A DNA stretch of 64,000 nt from Candidatus Falkowbacteria bacterium (GTDB lineage: Bacteria; Patescibacteriota; Patescibacteriia; UBA11705): the NCBI GenBank assembly GCA_003518055.1, contig DOZJ01000006.1:43837-107836 (forward strand). The letters are read 5' to 3'. The stretch's first letter is position 1. Every line of letters begins with the position of its first letter. Under the pieces are notes generated by a model, which worked only from the letters and a program-made list of their open reading frames with translations, did no database searches and was not told the DNA's origin. Positions 45,858 to 57,111 of this stretch are shown here, piece after piece. The position numbers and the translations under genes are program-made.

Positions 45858-46113
45858 AAAGATAAAATGAATGACACGGAACTAAAAGATGGAAACATTT
45901 TAGTCCGATAAATCAATAAGATTAAGTAAATTAACTGAAATAAAGTGTAGCACGAGACAAGAAATTTTGCAAGCGTGCGGTGGGTGATTTGGGGGTATTT
46001 TTCTTAATTTAGCCCAAAAATATGGGGGTGTGTGGATTCTTGGTTGGAGCTGGGGGATAAAGATTGTATAATATAAGGAAGAGACAACTAACAAATAAAC
46101 ATAGGAGAACATT

Positions 46114-46473
46114 ATGAAAGGAAAATTATTGCTCAAAGGAGCGGTTTGGGGAATCATTCTTGGGACCATCGGCGGTTATTTGTTTAACGCGAAAACCGGC
46201 AAGCAAAATCGGGGCAAATTGAAAACCGCGGCGGCGAAATTGGGAAAGCGATTGACTTCGGAATTGGATCAAGTGTCTGATGTAACGAAAAAGCATTATG
46301 ATGCCATGGTGAATAAAGTGGTTGATGATTTGAAAAAAGACAAGACGATGAGCCGTGAAGCGTGGGATGAAATTTCTAAAGAATTGAAAAGCCGATGGGC
46401 GATGGTGAATTCGGAAGTAAAAAGCGCGGTCGCGACCAAGGTTAAGAAATCAACGACAAAAAAGAAAAAATAA
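46114..46473 (+). CDS. YtxH-like small membrane-associated protein
   Basis: N-terminal GAVWGIILGTIGGYLFNAKTG helix then Lys-rich coiled region. Confidence 0.45.
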   Translation: MKGKLLLKGAVWGIILGTIGGYLFNAKTGKQNRGKLKTAAAKLGKRLTSELDQVSDVTKKHYDAMVNKVVDDLKKDKTMSREAWDEISKELKSRWAMVNSEVKSAVATKVKKSTTKKKK

Positions 46474-46537
46474 ATCCAATGACATTCCTTGGCTTTTGGC
46501 CGAGGATTTTGTTTGTTAGTGTTTTTTGAGAGCAAGT

Positions 46538-47341
46538 ATGAATTTTTTGCATAAATATATTCCGGAGCCAATAATATTTTCACTCGGTCCGATTGAAATC
46601 CATTGGTATGGATTGTTGATGGTGCTTGGCGGTTTGGCCGGGTTGTTTTTCGTTCGCAAATTATTTCAATTGTATCGGCTCAAGGAAAAAGATCTGACTG
46701 ATTTGGTTTTGGTCTGGGTACTGTTTGCTTTGATCGGAGCGAGGATCTATTACGTGATTTACGCTTGGGATTATTACCGAGAAAATTTGATTGACATAAT
46801 TAAGGTTTGGGAGGGCGGGCTGGCGGTTCACGGAGTGATGCTCGGTGTTTTTGGGGCGACTTATTGGTTTTGCCGGTGGAGAAAAATAAATTTTTGGCTG
46901 ATGGCTGATATTGCAGCGGTTGGTTTGGCCGGCGCCCAGATCATTGGCCGCTGGGGTAATTATTTTAATCAAGAAATTTTTGGTAAACCAACAGATTTGT
47001 CGTGGGGCATACCGATTGAAATGAAATTCCGCCCCAGCCAGTTTCGAGAACAAAATTATTTTCATCCAACGGTGTTGTATGAAAGTTTACTTAGTGCGGT
47101 GAATTTTATAATTTTGTGGGCGGCTCATCAATGGCGGGTGAAACGAAATAAATATTTGCCTGAGGGAGTAATTTTTGCGGTGTATATATTCATTTATTCA
47201 GTGATTCGGTTCGGGCTGGAATATTACCGCGTTGATTATAGTCCGATGGTGTTTGGACTGCGCTGGGCTCAACTATTGAGTATTTGGCTCGCAATGGCGG
47301 CGATTATTTTTGTGATGTATTTGTATAAAAAGAAAAAGTAA
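46538..47341 (+). CDS. lgt: prolipoprotein diacylglyceryl transferase
   Basis: IHWYGLLMVLG, GARIYYVIY, GRWGNYFNQE(I)FG signature. Confidence 0.85.
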   Translation: MNFLHKYIPEPIIFSLGPIEIHWYGLLMVLGGLAGLFFVRKLFQLYRLKEKDLTDLVLVWVLFALIGARIYYVIYAWDYYRENLIDIIKVWEGGLAVHGVMLGVFGATYWFCRWRKINFWLMADIAAVGLAGAQIIGRWGNYFNQEIFGKPTDLSWGIPIEMKFRPSQFREQNYFHPTVLYESLLSAVNFIILWAAHQWRVKRNKYLPEGVIFAVYIFIYSVIRFGLEYYRVDYSPMVFGLRWAQLLSIWLAMAAIIFVMYLYKKKK

Positions 47342-47443
47342 AAAAATGTTGACCAAATTGGGGATAAGCGGTTCGGTTTTGTAGCAAAATTTGGTATAAT
47401 AAGTGCAACTTAGTTTGATCAAAAGTTTACAGCCAAAGATATT

Positions 47444-50400
47444 ATGGTGAAGATGAAAAAAAGGTTGGTGATATTAACCGGAATATTATTTATTTTTGTT
47501 TTTGGCGTAAGCTTTTTTTTAATTGATCGGACGGAGGCGTTGGTAACAAATGGCGCGAACGCGGTCAATCTGGTTGGACAGTATAGTGACGCGGGTGCGG
47601 TTGATTATACAAAGTCGGGAATCAATAATGGTCCGAATAATGAGGGGGTGAACACGCCGAATTTTTCGATTTTGGATGAACAAAATGATATATTTTTTGT
47701 TATTGATCAGGCGAATAATCGAGTGCTCGGTTATCAAGTGGATGCGGGGAATAATTTTGTTGATTATCAAGCCGATTATGTTCTCGGTCAGACGGATTTT
47801 AGCTCGGCGGATGAAGCAGATTCAGCCACGCAAGCAAATTTTTCCAATCCGAGCGGCTTGGCGATCGATCAGGGTGGCAGTAGGTTATTCGTGGCTGACG
47901 CCGGATTTAATCGAATTTTGATTTTTAATACTGACAGCATCGCGACCAACATGAATGCCAGTTTTGTTTTGGGGCAGGCTAATTTTACCGCGTCTGAGGC
48001 GGCTACGACGCAGGCCGGTTTGAGTTCACCGGAAGGGATTCATTTTGATGAAACTGATAACTTGTTGTATGTCGCGGATAAGAGCAATAACCGCGTTTTG
48101 ATTTACAGCGTGGCGGTCGGGACGGTTTCTAATGGTATGACTGCGTCGTATGTTTTGGGGCAGGCTAATTTTGTAAGTTCAGGGGCAGCGACTACTGCGG
48201 TGGGCTTGTCTGGTCCGACTGATGTTGATTACGCGAGTGATAATGATCATTTGTTTATCGCTGATGAAGGTAATAACCGAGTGATTATTCATAGTATTAC
48301 TCTGGAAGCTCCAATTGCTGACGGCCGGACGGCTGACAAGGTGTTTGGCCAGAGCAATTTTACATCTGGTGGCACTGGTAATGGGGCGGATCAGTTCAGT
48401 TCGCCATTTAGTGTGGCGGTTGATATTGCGAATGATCGGTTGTTTGTGACTGATCATGGTAACACGAGAATTCAATCTTTTGAGATTGCCACGATTGACA
48501 ACACGGAGAACGCGGCTGCTTCTTTGACTAGCATGACATCAAAAGCTCTGTTTTACATGGGTGTCAATGAATCGTTGGTGGTTGGTGAGCTTGAAGAACA
48601 TCGGGTGGCGAGGTATGACGCGGTGGTTTTGACACCGGGAGAATCGCCGGTAGAGGTTATTGGTCGAGTTGATGGCAGCGGCGATGATATTATTTCGGCT
48701 GATAATAACGCTAACAACGGCGCGAATAAATTGGGTTTGAGTGTTATTGGTGGAAGCGCGATTGATACCACCAATCATAGATTATTTGTCAGCGACACCA
48801 GTCATGATCGAGTTTTGGTTTATAATTTGACCGCTGGTGATATTTTGGCTGATTATACGCCGGATAATATTTTGGGCAAGACGGATTTTTATGACGCCAG
48901 CCAGACTGTTGTGACAGGATTGAATCCAGAGCAAAAAATTACTCAGCCCGGAGCTTTGGTTTATGAACAAGATACAAATTATTTATATGTGGCTGATAAT
49001 CGGCGGATTTTAGTCTTTAACGCGGCCAGTATTACTGACGGCGAGGCGGCGATAAATGTTTTGTGTCAAACCGCGTTCGCGAATATGGTTGACTCAACGG
49101 GGCAGGCTGAATGTTCGTCAGTCTCGGGTTTGGCCATAGATGAAACCAATAATCGATTGTTTGCTTCAGACGCCAGTGTCAGCCGCGTGATGGTTTTTGA
49201 CGTGGCGGAAATCGTTGATGGTGAAAACGCCACATATGTTTTGGGTCAGGGGCATTTCGGTGGTAGCGGAGTGGCTACGACTCAAGCAGGTTTGTCGGCG
49301 CCGAAAGGGTTGGCGTATGATTCAACGCAGGAGTATTTATTTGCCGCTGACAGCGGCAATAACCGAGTTGTTGTATATGATGTGGATACGATTTCCAATG
49401 GCGAAGACGCAGCCGCGGTTTTGGGGCAGGTTAACTATACTTCGTCCGGGGCTGATACGGATCGTAATTCTTTGAGTAATCCTTCGGCCGTTAGTGTCGA
49501 TACTAGCAATGGGCTGCTTCATGTGGCTGATACCACTAATAATCGGGTATTGTTTTTTGATGTTAATACTATTGCCAATGGTGAGTCGGCTCAATATGTT
49601 TTGGGCCAAAGTGGTTTTACAACCGCTACGGCCGCGACCACCCGGGCCGGTTTGAATACGCCGACAACGATTACTTTTAACTCTGGTTCGGATCGGATTT
49701 TGGTTGGAGATTCAGTCAATTATCGGATTATGGCGTTTGACGCGTCAATGACGACGAATAATGATCCAGCAACTCCGACTTTGAGCTCTCCGGCTGATTC
49801 AGCTGCCAGTGTGGCGATCAGACCGACGTGGCAGTTCTCGGCCACCGACGCTGATTCTGACGCCTTGTATTATGAATTGGAATTATCGGATACTACGACA
49901 TTTTATAATGTATTGTATCGGTTTGATTTGCGTGAAGATTATAAAGGATGGTCTCAGGTGTCAGCGTATGATTCTGGGGCTAGCGCGTCATTTATTCTGC
50001 CGGTCGGGGCAGCGCTTTCAACCAACACGACTTATTACTGGCGAGTGAGGGTGATTGACGTTCAGGGCGGCGTGTCGAGCTACAGCTCAGTGCGCAGTTT
50101 TACCACGGTGGATAATAGTACCACGGTTGATTACGCGGACACATTTGACAGCTCGGCTTATTTGGATACAACGAATACTACCGCGAAATATTATGATAAG
50201 GAAAATATTTCTATCCCCGCCACCTTTACTATAGGTTCGGCCGCAGCTATGTTCGGGGCGGGGGAAACAGTCGCGATGGTGGCTTTTGACGCGGATAATG
50301 ACGGTGATATCGATGTGGCGGTAAAAAATGAAGCTGGCACTACTAGTACCGTTTATATGAATAACGGCTCCGGAGTTTTTAGCGGCGGTGATACGCTCAA

Positions 50401-53400
50401 CGATTCAGTGGAGTCGGACAGGGCTTATATGGAATTTTTGTTCGCGGCCGATGTGGAGCTTGATGGTGATTTGGATATATTGGATCGTGACGGTTATATA
50501 TATACAAATGACGGCAGCGGTAATTTTACGGCGACAGACGGTCCTGATACTGGCGCGATTGGTGATTTTAATAATGATGGCTATATTGACGTGGTGGAGC
50601 CGAAGGCTGGTGGTGAGACAAAATTCATTTATATTAATGACGGCGAGGGTAATTTTACGGCGCTGAGTCCCAATCCCTTCGCGGATATTTCGGCGGACGT
50701 GATAAGTGATGCGTATGTTTTTGATATTGATCGCGACGGTTGGCTTGATATTGTCACGAATAATCAGAGCGGAACCAGCCGATTGTTTTTGAATGATGGG
50801 GATTTGACTTTTACTCAGAGTACACCGTGGGCAGCGGCAAATCTTACAAGGGTGGAGTTTGCGGATTTTGACGGCGACGGAGACATTGATTTGTTTGGAT
50901 TGCATCAGGGAATTGGTAAGGGTGTGTGGTTTAATGATGGCACAGGGTTGTTTTCGTCAAGAAATGCGGTTTCGACTGATTGTTATTTCCAAAATTTACA
51001 TTCGGTGGACTTGGAGGGTGACGGTGATCAAGATGTTTTGTGCGCGAGCGGAACCGCTACGAATTATTATTTGAGAAACAAAGGAAATGGAACATTTGAA
51101 ACTCAGGTGGCGGCTTTTGGGTCCAGCGGCACCTCAACTATCATTACCGCAGACGTTGATGGCGACGGAGATCAGGATGTTTTGGTTGGTAATGGTGATG
51201 GTGGTGAGAACCCGGTGGTCAATATTCAAAATTATTTATACAAAACAAGCGCGAATAGAATAATCTCGGCGACAGCTTTGGATGCGGATACAAATGTCAG
51301 GGCGGCTTTTGATTCAGATAATGACGGTGATGTTGATTTGTTTGCGACCGAGACGGAAAATGATTCAGGGCGTTTGTGGATCAATGATGGCGACCAGTCG
51401 TATACCGAACAAACGGGGTTTTCGGATTATGTATCCACGTTAGAGGCCGCGGATGTGGATGGTGATGGAGATCTGGATATGGTAGAGGGGCTTAATGGTT
51501 TTAGTGATAAATTGTGGCTTAATAACGGCTCCAATTCATTTACCAATATGGGGACGTTGTTTGGCGCCAATGATTATAACGCCACAGTAATCAAATCCGG
51601 AGATGTGGATAATGATGATGATATTGATTTCCTCTTTGTGTATGAATCTCAAATTCCAGAGATTTGTTTAAATGATGGCACCGGGTTGGTTTATACTTGT
51701 TCTAACGTGGATACATCAAGTTCGGATACCCGGACAGGGGCGGATTTTGGCGATGTGAATAAAGACGGTGTATTGGATTTGGTTATTAATTATGAATCAA
51801 ATGTAGTTAAGGTCTATACCGGTGATGGTGATGGCACATTCACCAGTTCGGCGACAATTTCATCGGATAATGGTCGTCTGGATTTGGGTGATTTGGATAA
51901 TGACGGGGATTTGGATTTTTTGGTTGGCACCGGCACGCCCGGAATGACAGCGTATTTGAACAACGGCAGCGGTAGTTTTGAATCCGGAGTTTCGATCACA
52001 ACGTGCGGCAACCGCGGATATTCTTTGGTTGATATGAATCGTGATGGCAAATTGGACATCTTGATCGCGTGCAATTCGGGGAATTCTCAACTGTGGGAGA
52101 ACCACGGCTATATGAGTTTTGTGAAACAGGCGTCATTGCTGGCTGACGGCGGCACAGTTAAATATTTTGTCTCAGCTGATTATGATCTTGATGGGGATAT
52201 GGATGTTTGGTCGGTTCGAGATGAGGCGGGCGCGGAAAACGGCTATCGTTTTGATCAAAAACAAACATATACGGCCAGTACGGAGTATTTGGTTTATTCG
52301 GGGACGATTGACACGGCGGTGGCGGCGAATACGTTCAAATCTGCAATTTTGTCTTCTGATGATTATACTCCCAGCGGAGCGAGCATTTTGTATTATATGG
52401 CCACTCAAGGGGCTGATTATCAATGGCTTGTAAGAAACGTAGGGACGACAGCTAATTTGTACGCCACGGCAGTCTATGGCTCCGTTGATGAGGCGGCTTA
52501 TGGCGATGTGGTCGGATCATCAGGGGTTTATTACAGTACGGCGGATACCGGAGCGACTTGGTCGAATACGAATTTTGGGATTACTGAGACGATTTTTGAT
52601 ATTATTGCGGTAGTTGAGGATGCGCCTTTATTTGTCGGGGCGAGTGGTTTGGTTTATGACGCCGGTTCAGTCACGGAAACTTGTTTGTCTGGAGAAGTTC
52701 GGATTACTGGTAATAATTTAAATGATTTATCAAATTATGTGTCGGGTGAAACGACCAAGGCGTACGCGGTTGGATCCGCTGGCACGGCTATTGGAATCGA
52801 TTTGTCCGGTTATCCAACGATTGCGTGTTCGGCCCTGACTACCGGCGTGGCAACCAATTTGAACGGAGTCGATATTATTGCGGGTGATCAGACAGATATT
52901 GTGACTGTTGGTGATCGGGTTGATGGCGGCAATGGTTTGATTCTGACGTCGACTGATAATGGTGCCAATTGGACGGTCCGAGCCAGTGGAGTGGCTCAAA
53001 ATTTGAATGCAGTTACGGCCGATACGGCGTCCGGTTTGATGATTGCTGTTGGCGATGGTGGTACAATAATCCGATCCACCGATTCCGGAGTGAACTGGAC
53101 AGGCGTGACTTCTGGTACGGCAGAAAATATCAATGATGTTATATTTAAATTTGAAGATTCAACAGAAGTTTGGGCGGCCGCTGATAACGATAAAGTTTTA
53201 TTGAGTACTGATTCAGGCGTAACTTGGACTGTAATCAGCACCTTATCCGGCGTCGATTGGTATGCCGTGGCTGAAAAAGACGGAGCGGTGTTTGTGGCCG
53301 GAGAGGCCGGCAAGATGATTGTCTATGATGATTACGCTATTTCATGGGAGGGACCGATTGTGAACGGTAATAATTTGAATTTTGGCGATGCTGGAACCAT

Positions 53401-56400
53401 CTTGCAGTGGAAGGCGGTCATGACAACAACCAATGTGAATAATCCGCCGTTAATCAGGGCGATGACCATAGATTACAATACAACAGTGGTGGGCGGTTCA
53501 AGCCAGCCAGCCACACCGGATGAGGAACCGGTCCAAACAGCCCCGACCGCTCCGGCGGTTGGCAGCGCGGTGGTTCTGTCGGCTGATTCGATTCGATGGA
53601 CATTTACCGATACGTCAAATAATGAAACCGGGTTTCGACTCTATGATGAAAACGGAGTTTTGATCAATCAGGTGGCGACAGCGAATTTGAGTTTTATTTT
53701 GGAAGAAACTTTGACACCGAATACCAGATATAATCGGTTTGTCACTTCATATAATGATAGTGGGGAGAGCGAAAGGGTTGATTTGGGCGTGTTTTATACT
53801 CTATCAGCTCAACCGGTGATAAATAATATATACGTGACATCTGACACTTCGGTAGCGATGGAGCTCGGTGAAAACGGCAATTCGGCTGATACTTTATATG
53901 CGATTTATGAAACCGTTACCAATCAATGGGTGCAAATAAACGGCAAGTTAGGAACTGGACGATTTGATCGAACATATGCTTCTTGGGTGGATAATGGGGT
54001 TGTGCCGATTGTTGATCTGATGAATGGTCAGGAATATGTTTTTTCGGTGGTGGCCAAAAATAGCGCCAATCAAGATTCTCAATATTCAAATTCATTTACG
54101 ATAAAAGTGACCAGACCCATCGGGGCTAATGTGGTAGCAACGAAAAAGGTGGGTATAAACTCGGCGGACGGCGATAATTTTGCTCAGGGAATTTTCTTTG
54201 GTACGCCGGTATACGCTTACGGCGGCCGAGCGCAATTGATCAAGACGTTGCCGTTCTTTTCCGAGGTAGCCAATGGTTATTTGGTTGGGGCAATTATCTT
54301 TTTGATAATCTTTATTATCGGTTTGATTTTTAACTCAGCTGATAAATGTGCTTGGTCTGAACGGCTTAGCCGGTTTAGACATACGCCAAAAATTATTTTT
54401 AGCGATTGGCGGTCAAAGCGCGGCGATGATGTTTATGAAATATTAAACGGTCAGAGTGAACCAAAGCTTGGAGACAAATACAAGAAACATCATCGATTGT
54501 ATCGATATACTGGCTTGACGATGACCTGTCTTGTGGTGGGAGTGATTTTGAAAGTGGTGATTGCCGGTTTGATTTTGGTTTTGCTTTATACTAATTTCGG
54601 TGTTCAAGCTTTTACCAATCAAAGTGGAGAGCCGGTGTTTTCAGGTGATGAATTGGTGTATCACATTGAATATGTTAATAACGGTCAGGCGGCAGCGGAA
54701 AATTTGGTGATTACGGATAACCTGCCTCAAGGAACTTCATATATAGTTGGAAGCGTAAATCTTAACGGCCTAGGTCAAACTGATACTGTCGGTGATGATA
54801 GCTGTTCGGCGGTGGCGGGGCATATTGAGTGCCGGGTCGTTTCTCTCGGAGCCAGTGGATCCGGATATATGGAATTCAAGGCCTTGGTGACGGGTGCGAT
54901 TGATGAGGCGGTGATTAATTTCGCTTCAGTTAATTATACTGGATTAGCTTCGCCTCGATCGTCAAATTCAGTCACCAATGTAATTGCCGAGATGCCGATT
55001 GCCGAATGCGCGGATGGAGTTGATAATGACGGTGATAACTTGGTGGATTATCCCCTTGATTATGGTTGCGTGGATGAGAGTGACACCAGTGAGAATTCGG
55101 ATATATTTATTGATCAGGGTCAGGTGGTTGATGTCAGCCTTACCGGAGATTGGAGATATTTCAATATGATGGAAACGGCGACCGCCAGATTTATTCATCG
55201 AAGCGCTTCACACCAAGTAACTCTCATGAATGCCGATAAGGTTGGCAATAAAGTCACATTAATGGTTCAAAGTGCTCCGATAACTGTGAATGTGGCGACT
55301 GGAGGCAATGTTCAGGTCGATACCGATGCTAATGGGGTAAATGATCTTGGTTTGACAGTCTTGGCAGTGATTAGCGAGGATCAAGCGGTGGTTGGATTAC
55401 AAACCATTACCGAACAAGTGTATCAATGCAACGATGGATTGGATAATGATAGTGATGGATTGATTGATTTTGGTGCTGATCTCGGCTGCTCGTCCGCAAC
55501 AGATAATGTTGAATATACCGCCCCTGTGATTCCAGAAGATGTGCCGGAAGAAATACCGGAAGAAATTCCGGAAGAAATACCAGAGGAAACTCCGGATGAA
55601 ACCACGGATAGTACGACTGAGTCCAGCGGTGGTGTTTCTGAATGTAATGATTTGGTCGATAACGATGGTGATGGATTGATCGATTATCCGACTGACGGCG
55701 GCTGTTCAAACGCGTCTGATACCAGCGAGGTTGATGAATTAATTCCAGATAACGTAATTGATACAATTGAAGATTCCCTTGATGATATTAACACGCAGAT
55801 TGATGATTTGAATCGGAGACTTGAGGAGTCAGATTCAGTAACTGAAACAGTTGCTTTGAGTATTGAGAAAACGACAAAACAAATACAAATGATTTCGGTT
55901 GAGACAGCTCAAACCGTGGTGCAGTCAGTGCAGTTTGTCAATGAAAAAGTCTTGAATAATCCGGCGGTAGAATCCGCGACGGCCAAAGCGGCGGCGCCGA
56001 CCATGATAACTTTTACGGCTTTAGGTATAGCTAATGTGGCCACGGCGACTGCCACAGCCGGAGCTGGAGCAGCCAGCGGGTTTGGCGTTCTGACTTATTT
56101 GCAGTATTTTGCAGTTCAGCCGCTGCTCCTCTTCACGCGGAAAAAACGCGAGCGTTGGGGGGTCGTGTATGACGCGATTACCAAACGGCCGGTGCCTTTG
56201 GCGATTGTTAGAATATATGACAAGAATACAGGACGGATTATCGGTACCAAGGTGTCGGATCAGAGTGGTCGTTATCAGTTTATAGTTGATTCGGGTGAGT
56301 ATTATATTGAAATATCCAAAGATCAATATCGATTCCCGTCAGAAATTTTGTACGGGCAGGAGCAGGATGAGAAATATTACGGCTTGTATCACGGTCAAAC

Positions 56401-57064
56401 AATTGTGGCGGATGAAAAATTGGTGTTGAATTATAATGTTCCGATTGATCCGAATAAAAAAGCGCAGGCGCCGGCCAAGGAAATCAGATCAAAAGTATTC
56501 AAACAGACGCAATACGTCTTTTCAATGATTGGGCCGCTTGGGGCATTGTTCTCGTTATTTGTGGCGCCGACTTGGTGGGTGGCTGCTCTATTGGTTGTTC
56601 AATTGTTCTTGATATTCTCTTTCCGAAAGGCGGCGATTCCGGCCAAATTGAAGAATTGGGGCTTGGTTGTTGACAGCGACTCCGGCCAGCCGATAAATCG
56701 TGCGATCGTGAGAATCTTTGACTCCAAGTACAATAAATTATTGGAAAGTCAGGTTACAGGGAGAAAGGGGCGTTATGGCTTCCTTGTAACAAAGAATGAA
56801 TACTATTTGACTACGATCAAGGATGGTTACACTGGATACCGATCAGAAAATATTCCGGTAGTTGATGAAGATGGCGGTTTGATTACCAAGACGGTGGAAT
56901 TAAAGAAAGAATCAAATAGTGTGAAAGGGGATCGGTTGGGTACAGGGTCGTTAGAACAAATAAGATCAGTTGACACCGATCAAACCGAAAAGTTTTCGCA
57001 CGAAAATACTGGCGCAAAACCAAATGGTTTGGACTCGGAGAGTAAAACTGATTCGCAGGCTTAA
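47444..57064 (+). CDS. giant (3206 aa) multidomain cell-surface protein, with NHL, FG-GAP, BNR, FN3, DUF11, TSP3-like Ca-binding and CarbopepD_reg-like modules and internal TM helices
   Basis: single uninterrupted frame; N-terminal signal anchor; repeats NNRVL/NNRVI (NHL), DxDGDGDxD (14x FG-GAP), STD(N/S)G(A/V)NWT (BNR), C.DG.DNDGDGLIDYP.D.GC (3x), PEEI x4 linker. Confidence 0.8.
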   Translation: MVKMKKRLVILTGILFIFVFGVSFFLIDRTEALVTNGANAVNLVGQYSDAGAVDYTKSGINNGPNNEGVNTPNFSILDEQNDIFFVIDQANNRVLGYQVDAGNNFVDYQADYVLGQTDFSSADEADSATQANFSNPSGLAIDQGGSRLFVADAGFNRILIFNTDSIATNMNASFVLGQANFTASEAATTQAGLSSPEGIHFDETDNLLYVADKSNNRVLIYSVAVGTVSNGMTASYVLGQANFVSSGAATTAVGLSGPTDVDYASDNDHLFIADEGNNRVIIHSITLEAPIADGRTADKVFGQSNFTSGGTGNGADQFSSPFSVAVDIANDRLFVTDHGNTRIQSFEIATIDNTENAAASLTSMTSKALFYMGVNESLVVGELEEHRVARYDAVVLTPGESPVEVIGRVDGSGDDIISADNNANNGANKLGLSVIGGSAIDTTNHRLFVSDTSHDRVLVYNLTAGDILADYTPDNILGKTDFYDASQTVVTGLNPEQKITQPGALVYEQDTNYLYVADNRRILVFNAASITDGEAAINVLCQTAFANMVDSTGQAECSSVSGLAIDETNNRLFASDASVSRVMVFDVAEIVDGENATYVLGQGHFGGSGVATTQAGLSAPKGLAYDSTQEYLFAADSGNNRVVVYDVDTISNGEDAAAVLGQVNYTSSGADTDRNSLSNPSAVSVDTSNGLLHVADTTNNRVLFFDVNTIANGESAQYVLGQSGFTTATAATTRAGLNTPTTITFNSGSDRILVGDSVNYRIMAFDASMTTNNDPATPTLSSPADSAASVAIRPTWQFSATDADSDALYYELELSDTTTFYNVLYRFDLREDYKGWSQVSAYDSGASASFILPVGAALSTNTTYYWRVRVIDVQGGVSSYSSVRSFTTVDNSTTVDYADTFDSSAYLDTTNTTAKYYDKENISIPATFTIGSAAAMFGAGETVAMVAFDADNDGDIDVAVKNEAGTTSTVYMNNGSGVFSGGDTLNDSVESDRAYMEFLFAADVELDGDLDILDRDGYIYTNDGSGNFTATDGPDTGAIGDFNNDGYIDVVEPKAGGETKFIYINDGEGNFTALSPNPFADISADVISDAYVFDIDRDGWLDIVTNNQSGTSRLFLNDGDLTFTQSTPWAAANLTRVEFADFDGDGDIDLFGLHQGIGKGVWFNDGTGLFSSRNAVSTDCYFQNLHSVDLEGDGDQDVLCASGTATNYYLRNKGNGTFETQVAAFGSSGTSTIITADVDGDGDQDVLVGNGDGGENPVVNIQNYLYKTSANRIISATALDADTNVRAAFDSDNDGDVDLFATETENDSGRLWINDGDQSYTEQTGFSDYVSTLEAADVDGDGDLDMVEGLNGFSDKLWLNNGSNSFTNMGTLFGANDYNATVIKSGDVDNDDDIDFLFVYESQIPEICLNDGTGLVYTCSNVDTSSSDTRTGADFGDVNKDGVLDLVINYESNVVKVYTGDGDGTFTSSATISSDNGRLDLGDLDNDGDLDFLVGTGTPGMTAYLNNGSGSFESGVSITTCGNRGYSLVDMNRDGKLDILIACNSGNSQLWENHGYMSFVKQASLLADGGTVKYFVSADYDLDGDMDVWSVRDEAGAENGYRFDQKQTYTASTEYLVYSGTIDTAVAANTFKSAILSSDDYTPSGASILYYMATQGADYQWLVRNVGTTANLYATAVYGSVDEAAYGDVVGSSGVYYSTADTGATWSNTNFGITETIFDIIAVVEDAPLFVGASGLVYDAGSVTETCLSGEVRITGNNLNDLSNYVSGETTKAYAVGSAGTAIGIDLSGYPTIACSALTTGVATNLNGVDIIAGDQTDIVTVGDRVDGGNGLILTSTDNGANWTVRASGVAQNLNAVTADTASGLMIAVGDGGTIIRSTDSGVNWTGVTSGTAENINDVIFKFEDSTEVWAAADNDKVLLSTDSGVTWTVISTLSGVDWYAVAEKDGAVFVAGEAGKMIVYDDYAISWEGPIVNGNNLNFGDAGTILQWKAVMTTTNVNNPPLIRAMTIDYNTTVVGGSSQPATPDEEPVQTAPTAPAVGSAVVLSADSIRWTFTDTSNNETGFRLYDENGVLINQVATANLSFILEETLTPNTRYNRFVTSYNDSGESERVDLGVFYTLSAQPVINNIYVTSDTSVAMELGENGNSADTLYAIYETVTNQWVQINGKLGTGRFDRTYASWVDNGVVPIVDLMNGQEYVFSVVAKNSANQDSQYSNSFTIKVTRPIGANVVATKKVGINSADGDNFAQGIFFGTPVYAYGGRAQLIKTLPFFSEVANGYLVGAIIFLIIFIIGLIFNSADKCAWSERLSRFRHTPKIIFSDWRSKRGDDVYEILNGQSEPKLGDKYKKHHRLYRYTGLTMTCLVVGVILKVVIAGLILVLLYTNFGVQAFTNQSGEPVFSGDELVYHIEYVNNGQAAAENLVITDNLPQGTSYIVGSVNLNGLGQTDTVGDDSCSAVAGHIECRVVSLGASGSGYMEFKALVTGAIDEAVINFASVNYTGLASPRSSNSVTNVIAEMPIAECADGVDNDGDNLVDYPLDYGCVDESDTSENSDIFIDQGQVVDVSLTGDWRYFNMMETATARFIHRSASHQVTLMNADKVGNKVTLMVQSAPITVNVATGGNVQVDTDANGVNDLGLTVLAVISEDQAVVGLQTITEQVYQCNDGLDNDSDGLIDFGADLGCSSATDNVEYTAPVIPEDVPEEIPEEIPEEIPEETPDETTDSTTESSGGVSECNDLVDNDGDGLIDYPTDGGCSNASDTSEVDELIPDNVIDTIEDSLDDINTQIDDLNRRLEESDSVTETVALSIEKTTKQIQMISVETAQTVVQSVQFVNEKVLNNPAVESATAKAAAPTMITFTALGIANVATATATAGAGAASGFGVLTYLQYFAVQPLLLFTRKKRERWGVVYDAITKRPVPLAIVRIYDKNTGRIIGTKVSDQSGRYQFIVDSGEYYIEISKDQYRFPSEILYGQEQDEKYYGLYHGQTIVADEKLVLNYNVPIDPNKKAQAPAKEIRSKVFKQTQYVFSMIGPLGALFSLFVAPTWWVAALLVVQLFLIFSFRKAAIPAKLKNWGLVVDSDSGQPINRAIVRIFDSKYNKLLESQVTGRKGRYGFLVTKNEYYLTTIKDGYTGYRSENIPVVDEDGGLITKTVELKKESNSVKGDRLGTGSLEQIRSVDTDQTEKFSHENTGAKPNGLDSESKTDSQA

Positions 57065-57084
57065 CCATTATCAGGTAAAGATAA

Positions 57085-57111
57085 AATCACCGGCTATAAC
57101 CGGTGATTTTT
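57085..57111 (+). terminator. terminator of giant-protein gene (AATCACCGG-CTATAA-CCGGTGATT-TTTT)
   Basis: hand-folded. Confidence 0.65.
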
